DNA from: Octopus sinensis
Lineage: Eukaryota
Assembly: GCF_006345805.1 (NCBI RefSeq)
Contig: NW_021833638.1
Coordinates: forward strand, 14,488-78,487
Length of the DNA stretch: 64,000 nucleotides
Direction: 5' to 3'
Shown one piece after another: positions 1-12,689 of this stretch. Position numbers and translations under genes: made by a program. A model generated the notes under the pieces. The model did not search any database and was not told the origin of the DNA. It worked only from the letters and a program-made list of their open reading frames with translations. The stretch's first letter is position 1. Each line of letters opens with the position of its first letter.

Positions 1-340
1 GTCAGCCTAGTACTTATTCTATCGGCCTCTTTTTGCCGAACCGCTAAGTTACGGGGATGTAAACACAGCAGCATCGGTTGTCAAGTGATGTGGGTGGGGG
101 GACAAACACAAACACAGACAAACATATACACATACATACATATAATATATATATATATATATAAATACATATATACGACGGGCTTCTTTCGGTTTCCGTC
201 TACCAAATCTACTCACAAGACTTTGGTCGGCCCGAGGCTATAGTAGAAGACACTTGCCGAAAGTGCCACGCAGTGGGACTGAACCCGGAACCATGTGGTT
301 CGTAAGCAAGCTACTTACCACACATCCACTCCTACGCCTA
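1..340 (-). mobile_element. tRNA-derived SINE family A (3' end runs off window)
   Basis: Minus strand reads a tRNA-like head (A-box-like TGGATGTGTGG, B-box-like GGTTCAGTCCC) followed by the body shared with ~20 other copies in the window. Confidence 0.9.
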
Positions 341-1372
341 TGCGTATATATTTTAGCTGGTACAGCGACTACATAAAGTATAGGTTCGTCGTTACCGATT
401 TCCCAACAGCAGGAAAATTTTGACCCAAGTCAAATTCGAACTCACTAATAAAAAGACCAGCGCTACGATTCTCTGAGGAATTGAGACACCTCATAAATTA
501 TTCAAGCGTGTGTACGCAACGGGGGAAAAAAACGATGAATTCGAAAAAAAAAAAAAATAAAATACCCCTTCACATTAATTCTGTTCAGCTTGCATTAGCA
601 ATCTATTGTTCTCTTCACCATTATACATGCAGTAAATCAGAGATTAGATTGTTAGAATCCTTTAACCATCAACGCTATTGTTCTCAAACTGCTATACGTA
701 ACGGAGGTTATGTTCCTTTTACGTTTCAGTTTTTCTATGTTGGGAAATCAGAATAGATTATCTATATGCTGTTAGTCCAGATTAGTATTATTCGCATTAC
801 TATTCTATTTATTGTAGCTCAGTCGATAATTCATTTTATGCATGAATGAACTGCGGATTAAAAAGGAAAGCACAAAAAAAGGTAAACAAAAATATATAGT
901 AAGAAGTGTTTGACTGATATGGATAGAGGCGAATGTAAGATATTGTTCTGTCGATAGTTGTGGATGGTTTTCTTTCAGTTATTTTTCGTTGTTGTTGTTG
1001 TTGTAGTTGCTGTCGTGGTCAATGTTGCCATTGTTCTTTATTTGTGTGGTGGTCGTTGTTGTTCTCTCAAATAACAAGGAAATGACAAAGGAGAATGCAA
1101 GAAGAGACGATGTTAAATATCTGTAATGTCATCGGAAAAAAAGCTAATTACGTTAATATTTACTAAATGATATTGAACCAAAATAAAGTCCTGTGCATGA
1201 TTTTACACGTTATATAACTTCAAAAGCCGCCTTGGTTAATTGTCCAACGTCAGTAGTAACAAAAGCTTCCCTAGCCTACTCGTAGCTATTCACCCTGCTT
1301 CAAATAGCAGGAAAACCCTTTCAAATCGTACCTTACGTTTTTAACCCTTTGCCTCTCCAAAGCATTTTCGTA

Positions 1373-1794
1373 AATTTAGGATCTTTTCGGTTTGAACGGC
1401 AGTTTTTTAAAATAATTTCCACGTAAGTAAACACTTTTAAACTTCGTATACTGGTAGAATGTGTTTATAAAACATCTTTTTCTCTTGGCTTTATTGAGAA
1501 AATTCTATAGTTTGTAAGATATTTGTTGTTTTTTTCCTTCAATTTCTGCAATTTCAACCAATCAATGACGTCTATTGAGGTGAAAACATTCTGTGCCGTA
1601 TGAATATGTCCCTCGTTTAAGAAACAGATTGGGTTTATTTACATTTCTGAAGAAAAAAGATACCCTTCCCCCCACCCCTAACCATAAAACAGATTGAAAT
1701 GCAATAGATCGATACTAGGGTCATAATTATGGGTGACAATTTCATATGACACCGCTAGAAAAAACTGCCGTTCAAACCGAAAAGATCCTAAGTT
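1373..1794. mobile_element. MITE with ~36-bp terminal inverted repeats, TA-flanked
   Basis: AATTTAGGATCTTTTCGGTTTGAACGGCAGTTTTTT (1373-1408) is the near-perfect reverse complement of 1759-1794; TA at 1371-1372 and 1795-1796. Confidence 0.8.
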
Positions 1795-1803
1795 TATCCT
1801 AAA

Positions 1804-2197
1804 CTAGCAGTATCGCCCGGCGTTGCTCGGGTTTGTTTCGACCCTTTAGAATTGGAATTTTTGAAAAGTAAAAAGTTTGCATTATGTAACTTGTTATTCT
1901 CTTTAAGTGAACATTTTTCTGGTTGAAATACACCGAAAAATGGCGACACAGCAGTCAAAAATTCGTAAAAAATAGGGATTTTCATAGAAAAAAAGCACCT
2001 TTTTGATGTAAATAATTTTTGGTGTTAACATGGTTCGATTTGAATTTCATCTTCTACGGAATAAAGAACAAGCCTTCTTCTATCATACTCTCAATTTTGG
2101 TCAACTTGCGCCGCAGGGTCTTGGAGGAGATAGTGTTAGTTAAAGGCTACCAAACCAGCCATACACAGACAACTTCAACTTTATATATAGAGAGATG
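1804..2197 (-). mobile_element. Non-autonomous Helitron (subfamily H1)
   Basis: Minus strand ends CCCGAGCAACGCCGGG (hairpin)-CGATACTG-CTAG; 5' end TC...TATATATAAA; close paralogue at 15846-16235. Confidence 0.8.
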
Positions 2198-3896
2198 TCT
2201 ATGATTGTTTTCAGACTGTTAGATAACCCGTGCCTCGAATGGTCTGAGTTACATAAGGTTTTCCTTTCATTAGTTCCAAGTTGCATTGGTGGTTAAAGGA
2301 AAACTGGAAATGTGTATTGTATACGAGGCACGGACACGAGGGAAATATGTCATGTGTATCACAGGACAGGGAAAGGGTTAAAAGAAGGAAGGATACATTG
2401 GAAAATGTGGTCGCAGATATTTAATTTTGATTGATTTATCACGGTTGAAACAACTTTGAACATAGGTATTCCTTGATTGTCCCAAACACTAAGACACAGG
2501 TCCACATAAATACCATCATTTTTGTCATAGCGCCGAGCCGATTATTCAGATTGCTTAGACCTTAGTCATTCTTAATCTAACTGATTTTATTAGCAAATGA
2601 AAGGAGTTCTACCTAAGAAAATGCTGTCTTTTTTTCCGTTTGCAGCAATCTATTAAGGACGAATTTTAGTACAATGTAGCTGCTGATTATAGCGGGTCGA
2701 TCGACTATACACAGTTTCCATCGTTGTCAACCGTCGTAGTTTTAAAAAAATAGGAAAATGCTACCTAAACTGAGATTCGAACTCGTGACTACTATCTTAC
2801 AAAGCAAACACTCTATCCTGTTTAGCTACTGAGACACTTCATACCCCTCGCATTTAAAGTTTGTGTTAAGTTTTATGCGTTGTTTAATACGAACTCGGCA
2901 CTGATCAAAAGCATTCCAGTAGGGACCACCCAGTCTTTGGAGCTGATGGTGGATATCTAGAATAACAATACCTCATTTGTGCCATTCAATATTACGACGA
3001 CAGACAACGATTTGAGGAAGATTTCATTGCTATTTCTAGTAGGTCCAGCGAAAACTAAATGGCTTCTTCGTTGACGCAAAATCGTTCACTGAATATATAG
3101 TTACGTGTGTTGTCAGAACAGACGATAAATGAAACACCTGCACTATTTAAAGATACGAATGATTTTATCAGAAGGGGAAGAAAGAATACTTTGAAAGTAT
3201 GTTAAACGTGCCTTTGGAAACTTTTTGAATTTTAAAGGCGAGTGGATAAATGAGAAGTCGTGCAAGTGTGGATTGTAGGCTTGTGGAGGTTATTGATATA
3301 TTACTTAAACTGAAAGCAACGTTGCAGCTGGTATTCAGTGTAAGCAGATATAAATCAGTGTCTCAGTGTAGAAACATAGTTACGAGGGAGAAATCTCAGA
3401 AGTTGAAATGCTAGAGCTGACTAACTGAGCAAAGTATTTAGGTTAAGATCTTAGGCGAGATGAAATGCAGCAGACTTGAGGCGAAGAACGATAAAAAACA
3501 CCGTACAGCGGAAAGTCGTGTACAGTTTATATATAACTAGTGGAGCAGAAACCGTTGGGGGTTATCGACGAAGGTAGAGAAGAGACAAAAAACAGGTGAA
3601 ATGAGAAGAAAAATATGCTTCGGAACAGGACACTAATCTCTCGCTGGAATCCTCTCGAGTCATCGTTGAAAGCTAACAAATAACAGATAGAGATTGTTCT
3701 TGTTCTTGTTGTTGCCAATGATGATAATGGCACTGTGATTTAGCTTGGATGAATTCAGACCGAATAAATTTATCATCAAAATCATTTGAGTCGTGACGTT
3801 ACTGTCTTTGTACGACCATCTCACATAATTTGAATTAATATTCTTTTCCTTTTCCAAGACTGCAAGACTTGATTCCAGGAACATTTAGTTCGTTGT

Positions 3897-4132
3897 TTCT
3901 TATGTTTTTATTGCCCACAAAGGGCTAAACATAGAGGGGACAAACAAGGACAGACAAACGGATTAAGTCGATTACATAGACCCCAGTGCGTAACTGGTAC
4001 TTAATTTATCGACCCCCGAAATGATGAAAGGCAAAGTCGACCTCGGCGGAATTTGAACTCAGAACGTAACGGCAGACGAAATGCCGCTAAGCATTTCGCC
4101 CAGCGTGCTAACGTTTCTGCCAGCTCGCCGCT
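3897..4132 (-). mobile_element. SINE family B
   Basis: Minus strand: GCGGCGAGCTGGCAGAAACGTTAGC head, GAGTTCAAATTCC B-box-like motif, and GGGGTCGATAAATTAAGTACCAG box. Confidence 0.88.
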
Positions 4133-4662
4133 TTTAGTTATTGTTTCTAACGACCAGGGATATACGTAGAGACCCCAATCTCCTTGCTGCTTCTGCATAC
4201 AATTGTAAACTATATTATCGTACTGTAAATCCTTGCAACTTGGTGAATATGGCTGTTGAGAATTAAATATCTTGTTCATGGGCATATTACAGTGTTGGTC
4301 GTATCCATGAGCCCCTGTCTATCTTAGAGGTTTGGGTTACTCTGAGTAAATCAGTATTCGTTTATATATTCTTTGATTCTCTTACTGAGTTCACCCATTA
4401 GGCCGAGGCCATGCTGAAGCACCGCATACAAGGGTTTAGTCGATGAAATCGGCCCCATTACTTACTTTTAAATGTAGTAGCTATTTTACCGTATGTAAGT
4501 GCGAAGTACTAACGTATCAGCTAATGGTCCAGTATACTGTTGAGGGCCATCAGTGTATGATTATATCTCACCCAGCTGCGACCCTTTCACTTCAATTATC
4601 TAACATATAACTAACTTCTTTGAAGCGTTGAGCACAACCCTCTCTCTTTACATCAATAACAA

Positions 4663-5087
4663 TACTCTTTCTCATTTTACTCTTTTATTTGTTTCAGTCA
4701 TGTGACTGTGACCATGCTGGAGCACCGACTCTAGTCGAGCAAATCGACCCCAGGATTTATTCTTTGTAAGCCTAGTACTTATTCTATCGGTGTCTTTTGC
4801 CGAACCGCTAAGTTACGGGGACGTATACACACCAGTACCGGTTGTCAAGCGATGTTAGGAGTAGGACAAACGCAAACACATATATACACACACACGCATA
4901 TATATATATATATATATACATATATACGACAGGCTTGTTTCAGTTTCTGTCTACCAAATCCACTCACAAGGCTTTGGTCGGCCCGAGGCTATAGTAGAAG
5001 ACACTTGCCCAAGGTGCCACGCAGTGGGACTGAACCCGGAACCATGTGGTTCATAAGCAAGCTACTTACCACACAGCCACTCATGGC
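4663..5087 (-). mobile_element. SINE family A, near full length
   Basis: tRNA-like head at right end, internal (TA)/(CA) microsatellite, (TAAAAGAG)-type tail at left end. Confidence 0.92.
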
Positions 5088-5284
5088 ATTTTATAAGTTA
5101 TAAAAAATCAGTTTGTTATTATCACGTGATGATCAGCAACTCTCTGAATTGAATGAATTTTTACAATGGTAAAGCCCCCAAAATTCGAAGGATCGCACTC
5201 TGCTGTTGATGTGTTACTTCGATTATAATTATACGCCATCGGTCTATATGAGCAGAGTTCACTGTTACAAGATATACAAGTAAT

Positions 5285-5392
5285 TATTCTTTTCTACTCG
5301 AGCCACAAGTCCCGAAATTTTTGGAGAGGGGTCAGTCGATAAGATCGACTCCAGTACGCAACTGGTACTTGATTTATCGACTCCGAAAGGAT
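5285..5392 (-). mobile_element. SINE family B, 3' fragment
   Basis: GTCGATAAGATCGACTCCAGTACGCAACTGGTACTTGATTTATCGAC matches family B core on the minus strand. Confidence 0.7.
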
Positions 5393-6004
5393 TGTTTTAC
5401 GATTGCTTGTACAAGATAAATTAAATGTATTGGTTTTATTCCTTTGTGGAGAGATAAGGAAATATATATGAACAGTCAGAAAAAAGCGGAAAAAATTTAT
5501 AAGAGGTTTATATGTAAATTAATATAAACCGGTTAAATGAAAAAAAATTGCTTTGCAGTTGGTATTTCTGAAGAAAGATTTATGTCGCAGTCATAAATTA
5601 TCAATTTATACATTTAACTTAGTATACATACAATTACATTTACGTCCAAAAATTTTCATTGACGTGACTAATGCAATTAGGCAGGGAATGAATGGCTGAC
5701 ATGCTAACAATACACCTGGGTTTATTTAATGTTTTATGCTCAGGTAAAGCAATCAGTCGATCTGTTACTGATTACATAGGCACACACAATAATACACACT
5801 TATGTGTGAAAATAATGTATTTATTATATGAATGTGAATGCGTTATAAAATTTATGTGTTCTAAAAATCTGACGAAGCAGAATAAGTCAAATGTACTGAC
5901 AAGAAACCTAAGTCTTAGGCTATGCCGAAGGAAGGTAGACTTCACAGCTAATTTGCTTCATAGTTTGATAATTAGATAGCTAGTAAGGAAGATAAATAGA
6001 CATA

Positions 6005-6232
6005 TATTTTTCTACTCTAGGCACAAAGCCCGAAATTTTGGGTGAGGAGGCCAGTCGATTAGATCGATCCCACTACGTAACTGGTACTTAATTTATCGAT
6101 CCCAAAAGGATGAAAGGCAGAGTCGACCTCGGCAGAGTTTGAACTCAGAACGTAAAGACAGACGAAATACCTATTTCTTTACTACCCACTAGGGGCTAAA
6201 CACAGAGAGGGACAAACAACGACAGAAATTTC
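6005..6232 (-). mobile_element. SINE family B with concatemer junction
   Basis: Family B body; contains CGAAATACCTATTTCTTT junction at 6163-6180. Confidence 0.85.
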
Positions 6233-6289
6233 TGAATAAAATATTACAGAAAGTGACGTTTCGACATCGTTGTGAAAGAGACAGATAGA

Positions 6290-6325
6290 CACATGTGTGT
6301 GCGTATGTGTGTATGTGCGCGCGAA

Positions 6326-6368
<43 letters not shown>

Positions 6369-6415
6369 GTGTGTGTGTGTGTCGTGTGTGTGTATGTGTG
6401 CACGAACATGTGTGT

Positions 6416-6446
<31 letters not shown>

Positions 6447-6475
6447 TGTGTGCGTGTGTGTGTGTGTGTGGCCTG
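6290..6475. repeat. (GT)n/(GTGC)n microsatellite
   Basis: Directly visible; source of several spurious CVCV/THTH ORFs. Confidence 0.95.
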
Positions 6476-6755
6476 CGTCTCTGCGTTGTATTTCAACCTT
6501 AGACAGCGATCCGGCAAGAAGACATCGATTTTTAATTACTGACGTAGATTTCCTGATCGACTAAAACACACACACGCGTACACCGAGAGTTTGAACGCAA
6601 ACATACATAAATACATACATACATATATATAATATATTAGTATATATATATATATATATATCTATAGTACATATAATGTAATATATGTGTAATGCATATA
6701 TATATATAATATATATAATAATGTATATATTATATGTATACATACATATATATAT

Positions 6756-7944
6756 ACTCTTTTACTCTTTTACTTGTTTCAGCCATCCGGCTGAGGCCAT
6801 GCTGGGGCACCGCCCTTGTTGCTACCCTCTCTAAGTCCAGTTTGCCGTGGCTGGCCACTGATCTAAGAGAGAGTTTGTAGCTGCTGCCCTTAGGTTACCT
6901 TCGTACCTTGCAGTGGGTTCATCTGGGATCCCGGAAGCAGCTTGTCAGATGTTTTTTGAAAACGTCCACATCCGCATCATGTAGATCTCTTAGTTTTCTT
7001 GGCAGTTTGTTGAAAAGCTGAGGGCCCCTGAACCCCAGGCTATTACAGTATCTGCTCCTTACCCTGGATGTGGAAGACGGGACCTTTGGCACCACACAGT
7101 GACGTCCTGTACGGGGATTGGAACAGCTCTCAATTCCAAAATTTGGTGCTAGTCCCTCCAGGATTTTCCATATGTATATCACTGCATATCTCTCTCGTCT
7201 TCGTTCCAAGGAGTACAAATTGAGTTCCCTAAGCTCTCCCAATAGTTTTTTTTTCATGGTGGAAATCCTCTTGGTGAAATGTCTTTGGATTGTCTCAAGC
7301 TCTGTGGTTAGTTTGACACTATGCGGTGACCACAGTTGGGAGCAGTAGTCCAGGCGGCTTAGGACAAATGTCCTCCATAGTGTCAACATGGTCTCGCAGT
7401 CTCTTGTCCGGAATGTCCTCAGGATCCAGCCAGTGAGTCGTCTGCACATTGTCGCCACCTTCGCGATGTGTGAAGAAAAAGATGCATCGTCACTCATGTC
7501 TATCCCCAGATCCCGTATTAATTTCGATACGGGATTTCGATCCATCCTGGACCAGTATAGTTGTGTTGTAATGTATATGTGTTACAGCTTGATATTGTAA
7601 GCCTGAAATTTGCCAGCATTAAATTGCATGTTGTTGTCTTCAGCCCATTTGTATATGGCATCCAGATCTTGTTGTAAAAGGTCAGCATCAGCTGGGTTTT
7701 TGATTGCCTGTGCTACCTTTGTGTATCATCAGCATAGCTAGTGAGGGATGTTGTTTGTGCTACCAAGGGCATGTCAGAGAGCGCCACCAAAAACAGCAAG
7801 GGTCCCAAGACTGTGCCCTGTGGCACCCCGCTTGCTATTGGTGTCTTTCCCGAGAGGGCTCCATTGGCTGCAACCATCTGGCTTCTGTCCTTCAGGAAGT
7901 CATGTATCCACTCACCTACTTTTCCTGTTATGCCGAGTCTGAGT
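6756..7944 (-). mobile_element. CR1-group LINE, 5'-truncated, frameshifted reverse transcriptase C-terminal half plus intact 3' tail
   Basis: Minus translation gives WIHDFLKDRSQ, GVPQGTVLGPLLFL (GVPQG at 7816-7830), YADD (7725-7736) followed by a frameshift, WAEDNNMQFNAGKFQ, RDLGIDMS, SRLDYCSQLWSP, LYSLERRRERY; ends in GAAACAAG(TAAAAGAG)n. Confidence 0.92.
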
Positions 7945-8089
7945 AATATATATATTATCTATATTCTATATATAATATACTATATGTATATTTATATATA
8001 TTATATATATATATATATATATGTATATACGTATATATATGTACATATAATGCAATATATGTGTATATGCATATATATAATATATATAA

Positions 8090-8140
<51 letters not shown>

Positions 8141-8375
8141 GTATATACATATATATATGTACATATATGCAATATATGTGTATATGCATATATATAATAT
8201 ATATAATATATGTATATATAATACATATATAATATATATACATACACACACACACACACACACACAACACAACACATATATATATATATATAATATATAT
8301 ATATAGAGAGAGAGAGAGATAGATATAATAGTATAATATATGTATATTTATATATATATATATATATATATACAT
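7945..8375. repeat. Complex (TA)n-rich microsatellite with CA/GA blocks
   Basis: Directly visible low-complexity tract. Confidence 0.95.
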
Positions 8376-8719
8376 GCATACACACCTTTAATTGATATTA
8401 ATAATAAGCCCATATTTTTAATTTCTGTAATTTAATTAGAAATTATATTGCAAAACTTAAATTTGTAATTAATGTTCTCATAATTAGAAATTTTTATTTT
8501 CTAATTTAGCAATAAACCGGAATTTGAAAATTATGATGAAATCTATGTAAGCAATGAATATATTTAAGCTGTTAAACACAAACTTAAATGTTATTGAATT
8601 TAAATGTTATATGTAGAAGCTGGAGCAATTTATGCGGTTGCCTATGAAGAGACATCATAGTATATTTGGATAAATATTGATTTCGAAGCGAAAAGAAACA
8701 ATATATACATATATATATA

Positions 8720-8895
8720 TTTAAAAATGTAACTACATGTGGATGGTTGACGATTCTTTTTTTCCGTCTTCCTTTTCTCTTGGACTTACCTCTGTCTCCT
8801 GTTTCTGAAGAAGAGCTTTGCTCGAAACGTAAAACCTTATTTCTTTCCTTCCCTGAGCGTCTCTTAATATTTTGCAAGTACCACGTTCTCGCGTT
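8720..8895 (+). mobile_element. Short hammerhead-bearing repeat, family X (Penelope-type terminal fragment)
   Basis: Homologous to 43145-43330 (+) and 53455-53660 (-); each contains a hammerhead core. Confidence 0.7.
8801..8835 (+). ncRNA. Minimal type-I hammerhead ribozyme motif
   Basis: GTTT-CTGAAGA-A-GAGC(TTT)GCTC-GAAAC-GTA-AAAC: stem I GTTT/AAAC, stem II GAGC/GCTC, palindromic ACGT in place of stem III, GUA cleavage triplet. Confidence 0.78.
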
Positions 8896-8909
8896 GTATA
8901 TATATATAT

Positions 8910-9310
8910 CTTTCTCTTTTAGTCTTTTACTTGTTTCAGTCATTTGACTGCGGCCATGCTGGAGCACCGCCTTTTAGTCGAGCAAATCGACCCCGAGACT
9001 TATTCTTTGTAAGCCCAGTACTTATTCTATCGGTCTCTTTTGCTGAACCGCTAAGTGACGAGGACGTAAACACACCAGCATCGGTTGTCAAGCAATGCTA
9101 GGGGTCAAACACAGACACACAAACACACACATATACATATACATATATACGACAGGCTTCTTTCAGTTTCCGTCTACCAAATCCACTCACAAGGCATTGA
9201 TCGGCCCGGGGCTATAGCAGAAGACACTTGCCCAAGATGCCACGTAGTGGAACTGAACTCGGAACCATGTGGTTGGTTAGCAAGCTACTTACCACACAGC
9301 CATTCCTATA
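8910..9310 (-). mobile_element. SINE family A
   Basis: Full body, head and tail as in other copies. Confidence 0.92.
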
Positions 9311-9392
9311 TATACATATATAAGGTAAGCAGAGATAGCGTTAATAGTAACCGACGAAGGGATAAGAGTATCCGTATTTTCTATTAGTATCA

Positions 9393-9690
9393 ATTACCCG
9401 TGCCACAATTTCTTTTCCTCAACAGGTCCTGTCCTGTTTAACATTGTCCCAAAACTGATCAAAGAGGAAAAGGACCCTATCACCTTTAAACGGAATCTGC
9501 ACAAATTTCATCAAGGAATACCAGATAAGCCACCCATACCTGGATACAACTCACTCAACAAGAACTCACTACTTCAATGGAGCATAATATCACAAAACTT
9601 GACTTAAAAAGGATCTAGATAATCCTATCAGTTGGTGCTATTAAGTTAGACATGTCCTGGACCAATATTTGGTCGAAACATATCTAAGTT
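9393..9690 (+). mobile_element. CR1-group LINE family 2, extreme 3' fragment
   Basis: Translates to HNFFSSTGPVLFNIVPKLIKEEKDPITFKRNL...IPDKPPIPGY; paralogue of 28320-28765 (-). Confidence 0.75.
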
Positions 9691-10168
9691 TTATCTGAGT
9701 CATATATATATATAGTGTTGTGTATATACATTGTTTTTTCTTTTACTTTTTTGTTCTTTTTTTTTTATTTCTCTTTTCCTTTTTTTATTTTCCTTTTTTT
9801 TATCATTTTATTTTTTTCTTATTTTCTTCTCTTTCTTTTCTCTTTTTCTCTTTTCTCTCTTTCTTTATTCTTCTCTTCCTGTTCTCGATTTGACCTAACT
9901 AATACATTCCCTACTTTTAGGTCACTTTAAATAAAACCCTTGATTTAATAACACTGTGTATAAGCTCTATACTTGGAATGACCAGTTTTAAATACTATTG
10001 GAATTTACTCATAAGGTATTGGAATCTTATATGTATGCCATTCTGCCTAAATAATGGATCTACAAATACAATATCCCTGCATATCTCACATCTATTTTCA
10101 TTCCCCCACTTCACTGTTTATTTCGTATCTTATCTAAATTAATTATTGCTTAACCATCTTCTCGCACC

Positions 10169-10216
10169 GTCTCTGATGAAGGGATATAATAAATATCCCG
10201 GAAACAGCTGTAAGAC
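10169..10216 (+). ncRNA. Minimal type-I hammerhead ribozyme motif (family Z)
   Basis: GTCT-CTGATGA-A-GGGATAT(AATAA)ATATCCC-G-GAAAC-AGCT-GTA-AGAC: stem I GTCT/AGAC, 7-bp stem II, palindromic ACAGCTGT stem III, GUA triplet. Confidence 0.8.
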
Positions 10217-10289
10217 CTTCTATTTATAAATGTTCTAAAATCTACACACCCTTGGTTTTTTTTATTTCATTACGAAAAAAAAATTATAC

Positions 10290-10330
<41 letters not shown>

Positions 10331-11029
10331 ACACTCACATATATGTATGTATGACCTATGTATGTACATGCTGTAGGAATGCATGTATAGATCAGGTTGA
10401 TTGTACTTTCGGTATACAGTCACTCCATCACTAAATATATTGTTGTTATTCTTTAATATACTTCGAAATTTTATTTTCCTAAACACACACACACACACAC
10501 AATCACAAAGATACACACACTCACACACACGCGCGCGCTCATACACATACGCTTACACACAAGCACACGCTCACACACATACGCTCACACATACGCATGC
10601 GCAGAAACAAACTCACATACTCGAAGTTTTGTCGTGTTGTTGTATACGTACACTAGTGTGTGCTTGTATGCGAGTGCGTAAGCTAGAGTGTATGTATGTG
10701 TGTGTGTGTGTATGTGCGTGTGTGTGTGCGTGCGTGTGTGTGTGTTTGTGAGGGGGCAGGGTTATGTTTAGAATACTCTGCATGGTATTGTTGAAAGCTT
10801 AGTCGAATGTTATGAATTCACCAAACATCTTCGAGATTAGCAGCAAATAAAAACAAACACATATGTAAATAAATAAATACCAAAATGATAAAAAGTAAAT
10901 AAATGAATAAACGAAGTACTTTTGTGGTATGCTTGCTTAGTTGCTTACAAATATTTCTTAAGAAGATAAATGCTTATTTTAAAGGACACTGATAGAATGA
11001 CTGGGAATCGACGTATGATGGTGGAGAAA

Positions 11030-11430
<401 letters not shown>

Positions 11431-12007
11431 AAATGAAAATGAATGACTGAAAGATGTCTATGCATACACACATACATACATACACAGACAGACACGCACA
11501 CACACACACATTAGCATTTACAGGCAAATAGACATATATACATACATACGTACATAACATACATACTTACATGAATGTATGTATGTATGTATGTATGTAT
11601 GTATGAAGGAAGAAATAGTTGGAAAGCAAGAAAAAAGGAAAAAAAAATGGTCAGTGTATGAGGAGGAATGATACTTCAAAAAGTAAAAAAAAAAAAAACC
11701 GAAATCTCTCGAGAGGAAGAACATTTCTGAAGAAAATTATTTCCCTTAAGAGACAAGTTGTAGAGAAGGAAGCTGTCTCCATATTGTCTCAACAATGTTA
11801 AAGCTGCAAGTCTTGCCAAAATGACTAGCGAAGCTGAAGTCCGTGTCACTCACGTTTTCAAATATCTTTTGACACTAAAATACATTTTAGGCTTTTAAAG
11901 CGAACAGGAAACACTTCGTGCACGAAATTTCAGAAAAGTCTCACAGAATATATTTGTTTGTTTATTTATTAATTCAATTCTTTTATTTATTTATTTATTT
12001 ATTTATT

Positions 12008-12400
12008 TACTCTTTTACTCTTTTACTTGTTTCATGCTGGAGCACCGCCTTTTAGTCGAGCAAATCGACCCTGGAACTTATTCTTTGTAAGCCTGGTATT
12101 TATTCTATCAGTCTCGCTTGCCGAACCGCTAAGTTACGGGGACGTAAACACACCAGCATCGGTTGTCAAGCAATGTTAGGGGGACAAACACAGACACACA
12201 AACATATTCATACATACATATATACATACATATATGCGACGGGCTTCTTTCAGTTTCCATCTACTAAATCTACTCACAAGGCTTTGGTCGGCCCGAGGCT
12301 ATGGTAGAAGACACTTGCCCAAGGTGCCACGCAGTGGGACTGACCCCTGAACCATGTGGTTGGTAAGCAAGCTACTTACCACACAGCCACCACTACGCCT
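12008..12400 (-). mobile_element. SINE family A
   Basis: Body and head as other copies; the terminal hairpin segment of the tail is deleted. Confidence 0.9.
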
Positions 12401-12689
12401 AATCTACATCTATTTATTTACTATTTTATTTATTTATTTATCTTTGTCTTTTATCTTTTAATTCTTTTGGTCTTTCGACCACGGCCATGCTGGAGCACCG
12501 CCTCGAATTTTGTTAGTCGAACGAATATAGGACAACATCAACGAGTGATGTTGTCCTCTTGTTATTTGAAACAATATTGTTACAATTTGGGAAAGATTTC
12601 GCTGATAGTTCTACGAATTAGGACAACCACGTTTAGCCCTCTTTGTTTTTGGCCCATAAATTTTATCGGATTTTGCAACGCAATATATG

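Larger units (their letters stand above)
1345..2377. mobile_element. Possible piggyBac-like non-autonomous element hosting two nested insertions
   Basis: TTAA|CCCTTTGCCTCTCC at 1341-1358 and GGACAGGGAAAGGG|TTAA at 2364-2381: imperfect inverted termini with TTAA on both sides. Confidence 0.4.
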
